A DNA stretch of 64,000 nucleotides from Octopus sinensis (Eukaryota), in the NCBI RefSeq assembly GCF_006345805.1, contig NC_042998.1, positions 189,038,001 to 189,102,000 on the forward strand. Direction: 5' to 3'. The notes under the pieces are model-generated. The model saw only the letters and a list, made by a program, of their open reading frames with translations, had not been told where the DNA came from and did not search any database. Made by a program: the position numbers and the translations under genes. Shown piece after piece: positions 1 to 13,246 of this stretch. Positions within the stretch are counted from its first letter, which is position 1; every line of letters begins with the position of its first letter.

Positions 1-75
1 ATAGATATATTCTGTTATACAATATAGATTGTCAATAAACCAGTAATCTCTTTATTATATATTTAGACGGCTTTC

Positions 76-290
76 TGGCAGAATTGTTACCGACTGGAAC
101 AAAATACTAAGCGACGTTTGTTTCGGGGCTGTTTACGTTGTGGGTTCAAATGCTGCCAAGGTCAACTTTCCTTTTCATCCTTTTGGGTTGTAAGAAAAAG
201 CTATTGATCACTGGGTTCGATGTAATTGATTTCTTCTCCCCTTAAAATCGCTATCCTTGTGTCAAAAATTAGAAACAATATACCTCTTAT
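76..290 (+). mobile_element. Diverged tRNA-derived SINE (family A)
   Basis: Degenerate match to family A copies elsewhere in the window: ggcagaattgtta head, gggttcaaatgc B-box, gtcaactttccttttcatcc core. Confidence 0.6.
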
Positions 291-491
291 TTTAAAACTA
301 TTAAAATGAGATTTAAATAACGGTGGTTCTTTTTGCACATATATGAAAACACTGGACTGCAAACGCGTGAAAGCATGTTACAGAAGTTAGCTACGTACCT
401 TCACGTCCTAATTTTAAATCCTACCCAAGTCAACGTTGTTTCACTGTGCTGGTAGAAGTACCAATCAAGTACTGCGCTCTATTAGAACTCA

Positions 492-792
492 TACATAACT
501 AATACACACGCATACACACACTCACACATTCATATAGGCATACATACATAAGTACATAAATGCATACATGCATGCATGCATGCATACATACATACATACA
601 TACATGCATGCATGCATGCATGCATACATACATACATAAATACATACATACATACATACATACATGCATACATACGTATATACATACATACATGCATGCA
701 TGCATGCATACATGCATACATACATACATACATACATACATGCATGCATGCATGCATATATACATACAAGCATGCATGCATACATACATAAA

Positions 793-825
<33 letters not shown>

Positions 826-1117
826 GCATGCATGCATACATACATACATACATACATACATAATACATGCATGCATGCATGCATACATACATTTTTGCAT
901 ACATATATACATGCAATACATACATGCATACATACATACATGCATGCATACATACATGCATACATACATACATGCATGCATACATACATGCATACATACA
1001 TACATGCATGCACGCATGCATGCATACATACATACATACATACATACATGCATGCATGCATACATACATACATACATGCATACATGCATGCATACATACA
1101 TACATACATACATACAC

Positions 1118-1150
<33 letters not shown>

Positions 1151-1340
1151 CATACATGCATGCATCCATACATACATGCATGCATACATACATACAAACA
1201 TGCATGCATGCATCCATGCATCCATACATACATACATGCATACATACATACATACATACATACATGCATGCATACATACATACATACATGCATGCATGCA
1301 TACATACATACATACATACATACATACATACATACATACA

Positions 1341-1371
<31 letters not shown>

Positions 1372-1375
1372 GTAT
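492..1375. repeat. (TACA/TGCA)n compound microsatellite
   Basis: Direct inspection; it explains the MYVC/HTYI ORFs in all frames. Confidence 0.97.
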
Positions 1376-1721
1376 ATACCCGTTGTTTATGACGAACAAG
1401 AGATAAATTACTCAATGCATGGTTTGAAGTATATCTTTTTCGGTTGGCGTCGATCAACCTTACTGCAGGTTTCAAGATTTTATCAATAAGACAGCCATGC
1501 TGGATTAAAATAAAAATTGCATCATTATATAAGATAGTGTCGGGACCTCACTGTTTTGTAGTCGCTGAGACATTGAATCTCGACGCCATCTTGGATAATA
1601 TCAATTTAGAGACATATATAGCTGTCTGATTCATCAAATGCAAAAACTGAAATTTCAGCAAAGCTGTATCAGCTAGTTCTGTTGTGTCTGGGGAGAATCA
1701 TTTTCTTTTTCTGCTTCATAA

Positions 1722-1832
1722 TGTAACACACTCACCGGTAAAATTTCCACTTATTTTTATTTTCCTAAAATTTTCGTTGCGTCTTGCAACCTTTTCAATA
1801 GACTTGACTCTCTTACCGGTGAGTGTGTTACA
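1722..1832. mobile_element. Small palindromic (MITE-like) element with 20-bp terminal inverted repeats
   Basis: tgtaacacactcaccggtaa (1722-1741) and its exact reverse complement ttaccggtgagtgtgttaca (1813-1832). Confidence 0.5.
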
Positions 1833-2001
1833 ATATAAGACACAAAAGAAAATTACTCTCCCCAGACACAACAGAACATGCTTCAACACACGAACTCAAA
1901 TGAAGAATCTTGCAAACCAAATCCCAAAACGAAATGTATCAGCTAGATATATGGGAGTTTATATCTGTGTTTATGTATGTGTATGTTTGTTTTTGGTGAT
2001 T

Positions 2002-2017
2002 GATAGATAGATAGATG

Positions 2018-2107
<90 letters not shown>

Positions 2108-2120
2108 GATAGACAGCTGC

Positions 2121-2205
<85 letters not shown>

Positions 2206-2231
2206 GTGTGGAGGGAGGAAAAAGAAAGCAA

Positions 2232-2286
<55 letters not shown>
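2002..2286. repeat. (GATA)n followed by (GA)n microsatellites
   Basis: Direct inspection. Confidence 0.97.
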
Positions 2287-2291
<5 letters not shown>

Positions 2292-2548
2292 ACTTTACAA
2301 AGTGGAAAAGCTCGAATGTTGAATTTTTTTCGTTAATTTTGTCTATTCGGCAAGTAACCTAGAACTTAAAAGCAGAGAAAAAAAAATCCAGAAAAATTTT
2401 CAGACAAGATCATAGTACCGGCAACCGAAACTTTTAATCGCCGGATACTGGCTTAAGTTCAAGTGCACTTGAAGAAAATGGCATAAGAGATTTTGAAAAA
2501 TAAATCTATTGAACAAAGCAACAGCTTTTCAGGAATGGTGAGAATTGT

Positions 2549-2587
2549 AATGATGATGATGATGATGATGATGATGACGACGACGAC

Positions 2588-2631
<44 letters not shown>

Positions 2632-2727
2632 CGACGATGACGATGATGATGATGATGATGACGACCACCACCACCACGACGATTATGATGATAACGGTGA
2701 CGATCATGATGACGAAGATGATGATGC
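2549..2727. repeat. (GAT/GAC)n trinucleotide microsatellite
   Basis: Direct inspection; it explains the poly-M, poly-I and poly-H ORFs. Confidence 0.95.
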
Positions 2728-2876
2728 AAAAATATAAAATAAAAGAAAATGATTGAAATTAGTTTCTCGAGTTGAAGATTTAGAATAAAATGGCAGCCAT
2801 GTTGGGAGGATGATGTTTGCATAAATCTAAATGAGACGAGAAATAGTTATCGGCTGCTATTTGTCATCAATTCCTT

Positions 2877-2898
2877 ACACACACACGCACACACACAC

Positions 2899-2934
<36 letters not shown>

Positions 2935-3570
2935 TAAACAAACAAATACACAACCGTAAACACATACATACACACATACACACACAACGCGCATACTCAG
3001 ACACACATATATATTTACACACACACACACACACACACAAACTCACACACACACACACACACACAAATAAACAAACAAATACACAACCGCAAACGCATAC
3101 ATACACACACAAACATACACACAAATATACACACATACACACACACACACACACACAAATAAACAAACAAATACACAACAACCGAAAACGCATACACACA
3201 CACAGACATACACACAAACATACACACATACACACACAACGCGCATACTCAGACACACATATATATTTACACTCACACACACACACACACATATACATCC
3301 TCCGTCTCCCTATGCTTCTCTCTTTTTCTACAATTCCTGGTCCTGCTTCCCCCCACCACACACACACACACACACATATAAAATAACACCATACATGCAA
3401 ATACACGCATTTACAAACACACATAACTACACGCAACCATACACTACACACACAGATTAATAAACTGTAACGAGGGAGTTATACGAATGCACTTACATAC
3501 ACTAAGCTATTCAGAAACACACACACACACACAAATACGTGTGTGTGTGTGTTTGCGTGTGTGTGTACAG
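2877..3570. repeat. (CA)n compound repeat with internally duplicated blocks
   Basis: CA runs with recurring motifs acaaataaacaaacaaatacacaac (3x) and aacgcgcatactcagacacacatatatatttac (2x). Confidence 0.9.
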
Positions 3571-4033
3571 AGAGAAGGATTACGAATATATTAAATTTAC
3601 ACACACAAGAACACACATAGAGCTAAACACATAAATCTACGACGGTGTGTACGCACACTTATTCAAATACATACCTATGTATTTGAGTATGGATAAATAT
3701 ATTCTTTACGAGAATTTTTTCGTTTTCCACAATCATTTCCCACTCCTCTTTTTCAATCGTGTTTTTTCTTTTTCATTCTCTTATCCATAATTCTTTTCTT
3801 TTTTTTTTCATTTTTATTTTATTAGCTGTTTCTTTGTCCTTTTATATCAACCTACTTAACTATAGCTAAATGTCTCAGTCTCTCTCTCTCTCTCTCTTTC
3901 TCTCTTTCTCTCCCTTTCTCCTCTTACTCTCTCTCTCTATCTCTATCACTTTCTCTATCTCCTCTTCCTGACTCTCTCGCTTTCTTCCCCTTCATATGTG
4001 TGCATGTGTATAAATGCATATTACATATTTATA

Positions 4034-4035
<2 letters not shown>

Positions 4036-4072
<37 letters not shown>

Positions 4073-4266
4073 ATGTATGTATGTATATATTATATATATA
4101 TATATATAAATTTGTTTTCACGTACGACAGTATACATGTATGCATGCATGTATATAATATATATATATATTATATATATATATATATATTATATATATAT
4201 ATATATGTATGTATATATATATATGTATATATATGTGTATATATATATATATGTATATATATTATT

Positions 4267-4297
<31 letters not shown>

Positions 4298-4475
4298 GTG
4301 TATATATATATATATAATATGTATATTATATAAGTATATATATGTATGTATATAATATATATATGTTATATATATATATGTATATATATATGTATATATA
4401 TATATGTATATTATATATGTATATATATATATTATATATATATATACTATATATATATATACATTATATATATAC

Positions 4476-4508
<33 letters not shown>

Positions 4509-4561
4509 ATAATATATAATATATATATATATATAATATTATATATATATATAATATATAT

Positions 4562-4592
<31 letters not shown>
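4036..4592. repeat. (TCTG)n then (TA)n microsatellite
   Basis: Direct inspection. Confidence 0.95.
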
Positions 4593-4593
<1 letters not shown>

Positions 4594-4859
4594 GGTGGAG
4601 GCGAGTGGCTTGTGGTTAGCATCATGATCGTAAGATTGTGGTTTCGGTTCCTGGACCGGGCGACGCGTTGTGTTCTTGAGCAAAGCATTTCATTTCACGT
4701 TGCTCCGGTCCACTCAGCTGGCAAAAATGAGTAACGCTGCGATGGACTGGCGTCCCGTCCAACTGAGGAACTCATACGCCACTGAAATCGGGAAACCGGG
4801 CCTATGAGCCTAGCTAGGCTTTAAAAGGGCGCATTTATTTATTTATTTATTTATTTATT
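4594..4859 (+). mobile_element. tRNA-derived SINE (family C head, distinct tail) ending in (ATTT)n
   Basis: A-box-like gtggcttgtggttag, B-box-like ggtttcggttcc, central tgtgttcttgagcaaagcatttcatttcacgttgctcc shared with 36.8 kb and 52.2 kb copies; simple-repeat tail. Confidence 0.85.
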
Positions 4860-5002
4860 GATATATAGAACATATATGCACGTTTACATCTATACATATA
4901 TGTATGTATATATGTATATATATCTATGCATATATGTATATATGTATATATACATATATACGTTTACATATATACGTATATGTATGTATATATACGTGTA
5001 TG

Positions 5003-5038
<36 letters not shown>

Positions 5039-5125
5039 TGTATGTAGGTACGTATGTATGTATTATGTATGTATGTATGTATGTATGTATGCATGTATGT
5101 ATGTATGTATGTATGTGTGTATGTA

Positions 5126-5161
<36 letters not shown>

Positions 5162-5483
5162 TGCATGTATGTATGTATGTATGTATGCATGTATGTACGT
5201 ATGTATGTATGTATTATTGAGAGCAGGTTGTAAAACGCCCCGAGTTATTTCCCTTGAACTATTAGACTTTACACACACGAAGACGTGAACAGTAAAGTTT
5301 TTGCATGTGTGTGTGTGTGTACCTGTGTATGTATGTGTGTGTGCATGTATGTACGTACGTATGCGTGTATGTACGTACGTTTGCACTATGTAGTACGTAT
5401 GCATGTATGTATGTATGTATGTATGTATGCATGCATGTATGTATGTATGTATGTATGTATGTATGTATGTATGTATGTATGTA
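4860..5483. repeat. (TA)/(TATG)n microsatellites
   Basis: Direct inspection. Confidence 0.93.
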
Positions 5484-5580
5484 TCCACTATCTTGTTTCG
5501 AATGCTATATCCTTGTTTCCCACTCTAAATGTCACCCCCCCACCACCGCCACCACCTATTTTTCATATATTGGTTAGAGT

Positions 5581-5802
5581 GGGCAGAAACATTAGCATGC
5601 CGGGCGAAATGCTTAGCGGTATTTCGTGTGCTGCTACGTTCTGAGTTCAAATTCCGCCCGAGGTCGACTTTGCCTTTCATCCTTTCGGGGTCGATAAATT
5701 AAGTACCAGTTACGCACTGAGGTCGATATAATCGACTTAATCCGTTTGTCTGTCCTTGTTTGTCCTCTCTATGTTTAGCCCCTTGTGGGTAAGAAAGAAA
5801 TG
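5581..5802 (+). mobile_element. tRNA-derived SINE (family A) with 9-bp TSD
   Basis: B-box gagttcaaattcc, core gtcgactttgcctttcatcctttcggggtcgataaattaagtacc, tail gccccttgtggg..aaagaaat; ggttagagt at 5572-5580 and 5803-5811. Confidence 0.92.
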
Positions 5803-6139
5803 GGTTAGAGTTTTATCCAATAGGATTCAGTTACTTTTTGTAATCCAACTAATGCTCTTGATAGTATGTGTGTATGTGTGAGTGTGTGTGTGTGTGTGTC
5901 TGTGTGTGTGTCTGTCTGTGTGTGTGTGTGTGTGTGGGCGCGTGTGTATGTGTATGCGAGTGTGTTCATTGTCTATGAAATTTTATGTTACATTTTTGGT
6001 AATCGTCCGAAAAGCGACAACGAGAAACCCGGAGTGACGATATGTGAAAATTAGGTCTCTGCTGATATAGATAATCTTACTTTCAGTATTGAGCACTCTG
6101 TTTTCTTCTTGTTAACACATACTTGGTCATATCTGTCTA

Positions 6140-7091
6140 TTTTGTGTGTGTGTGTGTGTACGTGTGTGTGTGTGTGTGAGCGTGTGTGTGTGTGTGTATG
6201 TGTGTGCACGTTTGTGCACGTGTGCGTGTGTGTACATCTTTTACGTGTATTTTATGAAATTCTTTTCTTACCCCTCTCCCTTTTCAATCTCCCTCTTTTC
6301 CTTTCTTCTCTTCTCTCTCTCTCTCTCAAACACACACACACACACGCACACACATATACACACTATCTTCCCCCTCACTCATTTCCCTTCTCTCTCATTC
6401 ACTTACCTCTTTCTTTCTCCTTCTCTCTCTCGCTCACTTCTCTTTGTTTCCTTCTCTCTTACTACCTCTCTCCCACTCTCTCATCATCTCTTTCTACCTT
6501 ACTTATTTATTTATTTATTTATTTATTTATGTATTTATTTATTTATTTATTTATTTATTTCTAACTGTCTATATTTCCATACATCTTGTTTATATTTCAG
6601 TTTAAATATTAAGATGTCTAACTTTCACTTTCACTTTCTCTAACTCTCTGCTTCCGCTTTTTTTTTTATTTCTTTTTTTTTTCACAATCTCTTCCCACTT
6701 CCTCTCTTTTCCAACTCTCTCTCTCCCTCGCTCTCTTTCCCTTTCTCCCTCTCTCTTTCCCTTTCTCCCTCTTCTTCTCTTTTGTTTTTATACTTTGCTG
6801 CATCTCTTCTATCACCATATGTTATATATTGATTTCTCTTGACTAAACACAAGACCATTCTTTGTACGAAGTGGTCATACACGATTGAAATGAGCCTTAA
6901 TATATTACTGATATTTATTTTGTCAATCCTGAAGGGATCAGAAGCGATGTCGAATGATCCCTGTAAGATGCCCAGAATTTAGAATAATGAAACCTAGAAG
7001 TTAGAAGGGATTAATTCTGTCTTAGAATCCGCCTCTTTATCAATTCACCAACCCTACCATATATTAGATATTAATCCGCTTTCTTTGTCTG

Positions 7092-7126
<35 letters not shown>

Positions 7127-7380
7127 GTCACTCTGTCTCTCTCTATCTATCTATCTATTTACCTCTCAATCTCCTTCTTTCTATTTCTCTGTCTTTCTCC
7201 CACTCTCTCTCTCTCTCTCTCTCTTTCTGTCACTCTGTCTCTCTCTATCTATCTATCTATTTATCTCTCTTTCTTTCTCTTTCTCTATCTTTCCCCCACT
7301 CTCTCTCTCTCTCTCCTTCTCGCTTCCTCTCTATCTCTCTTTCTCTTTCTCTCATTCCTTCTGTCCATCTCTCTCTCTCT
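6140..7380. repeat. Cluster of (GT)n, (CT)n, (ATTT)n and (CTAT)n simple repeats
   Basis: Direct inspection; includes a ~95-bp tandem duplication at 7105-7300. Confidence 0.85.
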
Positions 7381-7750
7381 CTCATTCCATTTGTTTCACC
7401 TCTTTTTTTGTTTTTGAATTTCTAAATATACACGACTACATTGACGTTAGTGTATGAGTATGTGTATTATATTGTCTAAATCTATATTATATATGTATTT
7501 CGTTATTTTTCTCCTATTTTCCCATTTTAATATCTATTTCATAATTTTTTATTGTCCTTCCGCCACATCTCTCCTTCTGCATCATTCTTATCTTTTATCA
7601 TCATCATCATCATCATTATCATCATCACCACCATCATCATTATTTTCTTTTCCTTCTCCTTATTGTTCCTCTTAGCGATACTTTCTTTTTTCACCCAAAT
7701 TTCCGTGAATCTCCGCGTGATATGGTATATTCATAGCTGAGTTTGCATGA

Positions 7751-7842
<92 letters not shown>

Positions 7843-8963
7843 GTCTCGAAATGAATAAAATACAGCTAGTTGCATACATATATATATACAATTATAAATA
7901 TCTATTTTTGTGTATATATACATGTGTAATGGTGTATATTTATATTATCTATGTATATATTTTTATATGTACAGTTATTTAGTAAGACATGTTTATGTCC
8001 GCATGTATTGTCGGGGAATAGCTATACCTGTGGCTATACAAGCGTATATGTGTATGCATGCATGTTTTTATGTGTATATTTGTGCATAAACAAGGGTGTA
8101 TGCAAACATATATGTCTTTAAATAAGCATATATAAAGCTAGTCACATGTTTCATGTAAACATGTTCCTTCAACCTGCTAGAAATAGCATCCAAATCGTCC
8201 TCAAAATACGTTACACTTTCTAAAACGGATAGGAAGAGCACATTTGATAACGCAGTCACCAATACAATACAGAAGTGATTGATTATATGTCGTCTGTTCA
8301 AAAAGAGCTGATCCTACTCTAGAAATAGCAAGTAGATAACTTGATAATATAAATAATGAACTAGTGCTCATTTTATCGATTTCGGAAGAATGGAAAGCAA
8401 AATTTGGACAAATTTATTGTACAGAAATGGGGAAAATAGTAGTTCAACATGACATAAGAGATTACAGTGTGTTAGTGTGTGCATTTCTTTATTTGGAATT
8501 CTTAAGTTTCTAAGTGCTTCAGCTGTACTGGTCCACATATACATGAGGAACAGTATACTAGTGTTGCATAACTTGTGACTTCCGGAACACAAACATATTC
8601 CAAGGCTACAGTGTATTTCTATACGTCTCTTCAAACTTTTTCTGTCACGTCTGTCGGAGCTTTAAAATATTACAAAATTCCAACATCAAACCGAAATAAA
8701 TCTCCTCACCATAGCTTTCTATCAACCCACACACGTTTCTCTTATTCACTCCTAATTCCACTCCTACACAACTACTCCTCCAGTCCACGAACACCATACT
8801 TAATTGTTTGTCATCCACATAACTCTACCTACCCAGAAAGGCAACTTGCCAAAAATAACCCAAGTAAAGCACAGGGTGAAGAAAGCAGGAAACCAAAACA
8901 TCGAAGTCACTGTCAATCTTTTGCTTGTAAAAGTTAGTGAATACATACATAAATACATATGTA

Positions 8964-10113
8964 CGAGGGGTACCCAAAAGTAAGCAGAAACATACTCTGT
9001 GGGACAAGCCTGTTTTAGTTCTGGCTTCCGCCGCTAGAAGCCACTTGATGCGACCCTCAGACATCAGTCTGTCGGCCGGCGTCGTCCACTGAGGTCGTAC
9101 TGCCACGTAGTGTGTCTTTGTTTTACAGTGCTTCTCCCCTGTTCGTCGATTTTTGCGATAACTGAAACGAAGGAACAGCGTGTTTCCGTTAAATTCTGTT
9201 TTCTGCTGGGAAAAATGGCGGCCCAAACAGTTGTCATGCTTCTAACAGCTTACAAGGACGATGCCATGAGCAAAACACAAGTTTACAAGTGTTTTTTTAC
9301 GCTTCACTTGTTGCTTGAAGACCAACACTCGTTCAGAGTAGCATTCGACCTCCCGAACGAATGAAAACAACACGAAAATTCATGAACTAATCTTGGAGGA
9401 CAGTCGCTGAACAATTGAAGAACTTGCTTATATGACTAGTGTGTTCTGGAGCTTCTACCTACGAATTTTGAGCGAGGAATTACGAATGGAAAGAATTGCA
9501 GCAAAATTTGTGCCTCATTTGCTCACGGAAGATCAAAAGCAGTCACGAGTGAATGCGTGTCGTGAATTGAACAACAGTTGGAAGTTAATCCGAATCTCTT
9601 TTCGAAGGTCATCACTGGTGACGAAAGCTAGTGCTACGGCTACGACCCGGAAACGAAGCAGCAATCAAGTCAATGGAAGCATTCAATGTCACCAGGCACC
9701 AAAAGAATGCATCAAGTGAAGTCCAATGTCAAGACGATGCTGATTTGTTCCATCGATGTGAAAGGAATTGTTCACACAGAATTTGTTCCTCCTGGTCAAA
9801 CTGTTAACGAGACATTTTACATGGCAGTTCAGAAGCGTTTGCGAGATGCGGTGAGGCGAAAACGCCCCCGACCAGTGACAAAGTGGAGAGTGGTGGTTTC
9901 ATAACGACAATGAGCCAGCGCACACCGCCTTGAAACAGTTTTGTACTAAAACTGGCATGACCCCACCTTACTTACCCTTCCTATTCACCCGATCTTGCTC
10001 CCTTCGACTTCCTTTCGTTCCCTTGAATGAAAAAAGTCCTTAAAGGAAAACGTTTTGCAGATGTGGGAGTGGTGAAGAAAAATAACCACGGAGGCGTTAA
10101 AAGGCATCACTTC
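8964..10113 (+). mobile_element. Decayed mariner (Tc1/mariner, DD34D-type) transposon, 3'-truncated
   Basis: TA + left TIR cgaggggtacccaaaag; frameshifted transposase motifs LLGKMAAQTVVMLLTAYKDDAMSKTQVY, AAKFVPHLLTEDQKQSRVNACREL, TGDES..GYDPETKQQSSQW, KTMLICSIDVKGIVHTEFVPPGQTVN, HNDN..AH, YSPDLAPFDF, LKGKRF. No right TIR seen. Confidence 0.93.
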
Positions 10114-10149
10114 ACAAAGGAAGATTAGATACTTCCTAGAAAGCAAGTA

Positions 10150-12763
10150 GAAATATTCCTTTCTACTATAAGCACAAGGCCTGAAATTATGAGGGCGGAG
10201 GTAAGTCGTAGTGTTTCACTGGTACTTAACTTATCGACCCTGAAAGGATGAAAGGCAAAGTCGACCCCGGCGGCATTTGAACTCAGAACGTGACGACAGA
10301 CGAAATACAGCTAATCATTTCGCCCTGCGTGTTAACGATTCTTATTTCTTTTACTGCCCACAAGGGGCTACACACAGAGGGGACAAACAAGGATAGACAA
10401 ACAGATTAAGTCAATTATATCGACCCCAGTGCGTAACTGGTACTTATTTAATCGACCCTGAAAGGATGAAAGGCAAAGTCGACCCCGGCGGCATTTGAAC
10501 TCAGAACGTGACGACAGACGAAATACAGCTAATCATTTCGCCCTGCGTGTTAACGATTCTTATTTCTTTTACTGCCCACAAGGGGCTACACACAGAGGGG
10601 ACAAACAAGGATAGACAAACGGATTAAGTCAATTATATCGACCCCAGTGCGTAACTGGTACTTATTTAATCGACCCCGAAAGGATGAAAGGCAAAGTCGA
10701 CCCCGGCGGAATTTGAACTCAGAACGTGAAAAACAGACGAAATACAGCTAATCATTTCGCCCTGCGTGTTAACGATTCTTATTTCTTTTACTGCCCACAA
10801 GGGGCTACACAGAGGGGACAAACAAGGATAGACAAACGGATTAAGTCAATTATATCGACCCCAGTGCGTAACTGGTACTTATTTTATCGACCCCGAAAGG
10901 ATGAAAGGCAAAGTCGACCTCGGCGGAATTTGAACTCAGAACGTGAAAAACAGACGAAATACAGCTAATCATTTCGCCCTGCGTGTTAACGATTTTATTT
11001 CTTTTACTGCCCACAAGGGGCTACACACAGAGGGGACAAACAAGGATAGACAAACGGATTAAGTCAATTATATCGACCCCAGTGCGTAACTGGTACTTAT
11101 TTAATCGACCCCGAAAGGATGAAAGGCAAAGTCGACCTCGGCGGAATTTGAACTCAGAACGTGAAAAACAGACGAAATACAGCTAATCATTTCGCCCTGC
11201 GTGTTAACGATTCTTATTTCTTTTACTGCCCACAAGGGGCTACACACAGAGGGGACAAACAAGGATAGACAAACGGATTAAGTCAATTATATCGACCCCA
11301 GTGCGTAACTGGTACTTATTTAATCGACCCCGAAAGGATGAAAGGCAAAGTCGACCTCGGCGGCATTTGAACTCAGAACGTGAAAAACAGACGAAATACA
11401 GCTAATCATTTCGCCCTGCGTGTTAACGATTCTTATTTCTTTTACTGCCCACAAGGGGCTACACACAGAGGGGACAAACAAGGATAGACAAACGGATTAA
11501 GTCAATTATATCGACCCCAGTGCGTAACTGGTACTTATTTAATCGACCCCGAAAGGATGAAAGGCAAAGTCGACCTCGGCGAATTTGAACTCAGAACGTG
11601 ACGACAGACGAAAACAGCTAATCATTTCGCCCTGCGTGTTAACGATTCTTATTTCTTTTACTGCCACAAGGGGCTACACACAGAGGGGACAAACAAGGAT
11701 AGCAAACGGATTAAGTCAATTATATCGACCCCAGTGCGTAACTGGTACTTATTTAATCGACCCCGAAAGGATGAAAGGCAAAGTCGACCTCGGCGGAATT
11801 TGAACTCAGAACGTGAAAAACAGACGAAATACAGCTAATCATTTCGCCCTGCGTGTTAACGATTCTTATTTCTTTTACTGCCCACAAGGGGCTACACACA
11901 GAGGGGACAAACAAGGATAGACAAACGGATTAAGTCAATTATATCGACCCCAGTGCGTAACTGGTACTTATTTAATCGACGCCGAAAGGATGAAAGGCAA
12001 AGTCGACCTCGGCGGAATTTGAACTCAGAACGTGACGACAGACGAAATACAGCTAATCATTTCGCCCTGCGTGTTAACGATTCTTATTTCTTTTACTGCC
12101 CACAAGGGGCTACACACAGAGGGGACAAACAAGGATAGACAAACGGATTAAGTCAATTATATCGACCCCCAGTGCACTGGTAACTGGTATTATAATCGAC
12201 CCCGAAAGGATGAAAGGCAAAGTCGACCTCGGCGGAATTTGAACTCAGAACGTGACGACAGACGAAATACAGCTAATCATTTCGCCCTGCGTGTTACCGA
12301 TTCTTATTTCTTTACACTCGTTTGGGCACACAAGGGGATCACACACAGAGTGGAAACACAACGAGGAAAACAATTTAAGTCAATTATATCGACCCCAGTG
12401 CGTAACTGTATACTTATTTATCGACCCCGAAAGGATGAAAGGCAAAGTCGACCTCGGCGGAATTTGAACTCAGAACGTGACGACAGACGAAATACAGCTA
12501 ATCATTTCGCCCTGCGTGTTAACGATTCTTATTTCTTTTACTGCCCACAAGGGGCTACACACAGAGGGGACAAACAAGGATAGACAAACGGATTAAGTCA
12601 ATTATATCGACCCCAGTGCGTAACTGGTACTTATTTAATCGACCCCGAAAGGATGAAAGGCAAAGTCGACCTCGGCGGAATTTGAACTCAGAACGTGAAA
12701 AACAGACGAAATACCGCTAAGCATTTCGCCCTGCGTGCTAACGATTCTGCCAGCTCGCAACCT
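10150..12763 (-). repeat. Tandem array of ~218-bp SINE-family-A units (11 full units plus one leftmost partial copy with a different tail)
   Basis: Unit starts (tatttctttt) at 10343, 10561, 10780, ~10996, 11215, 11434, 11650, 11867, 12085, 12305, 12530; only the rightmost copy has the complete head gccagctcgc. Confidence 0.97.
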
Positions 12764-13078
12764 TGAAGCTGGTATAAATACTGATTCTATGATGATCCTT
12801 CCAATCCACTGTTCTAGACTATTTGAATGATGTTACATATTTATAGGAGTGTGTATATCAGTATATGTTGAGTGTATTTGTGAATGTGTGTATGTATACA
12901 TGCATACATGCGTGTATGTGTGCATATGTGCATGTATCTATGTATTTATGTGTGTATGCATATTCGAATATACACATCAAGGTTTAAATAGTGTTAAAGT
13001 AACATGATCTAAATATTTGCATTTCCTTTGTGCTTGGCAAAACAACCATGTATTATGCTTTCAGTCATGGGAACACTA

Positions 13079-13131
<53 letters not shown>

Positions 13132-13152
13132 AAGCGAGAGAGACGTACAGAC

Positions 13153-13245
<93 letters not shown>
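13079..13245. repeat. (GATA)n microsatellite
   Basis: Direct inspection. Confidence 0.97.

Positions 13246-13246
<1 letters not shown>

Noticed and set aside
499-1489. Overlapping 180-320-aa MYVC/HTYI ORFs (likewise at 28.0, 32.4 and 57.8 kb)
   Set aside because: Products of (TACA)n microsatellites, open on both strands in several frames.
8177-8330. 12-bp direct repeat ctagaaatagca around 130 bp, and a possible minus-strand exon VGSALFEQTTYNQSLLYCIGDC
   Set aside because: No element ends, no convincing donor and no recognised homology; compatible with chance in AT-rich DNA.
12085-12420. Divergent ninth and tenth array units as evolutionarily older copies
   Set aside because: Clustered small indels look like long-read consensus error; cannot be treated as biological without reads.
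10343-12763. CRISPR-like or tRNA gene array
   Set aside because: Units are near-identical whole SINE bodies with no unique spacers and no complete cloverleaf; eukaryotic context with no cas genes.
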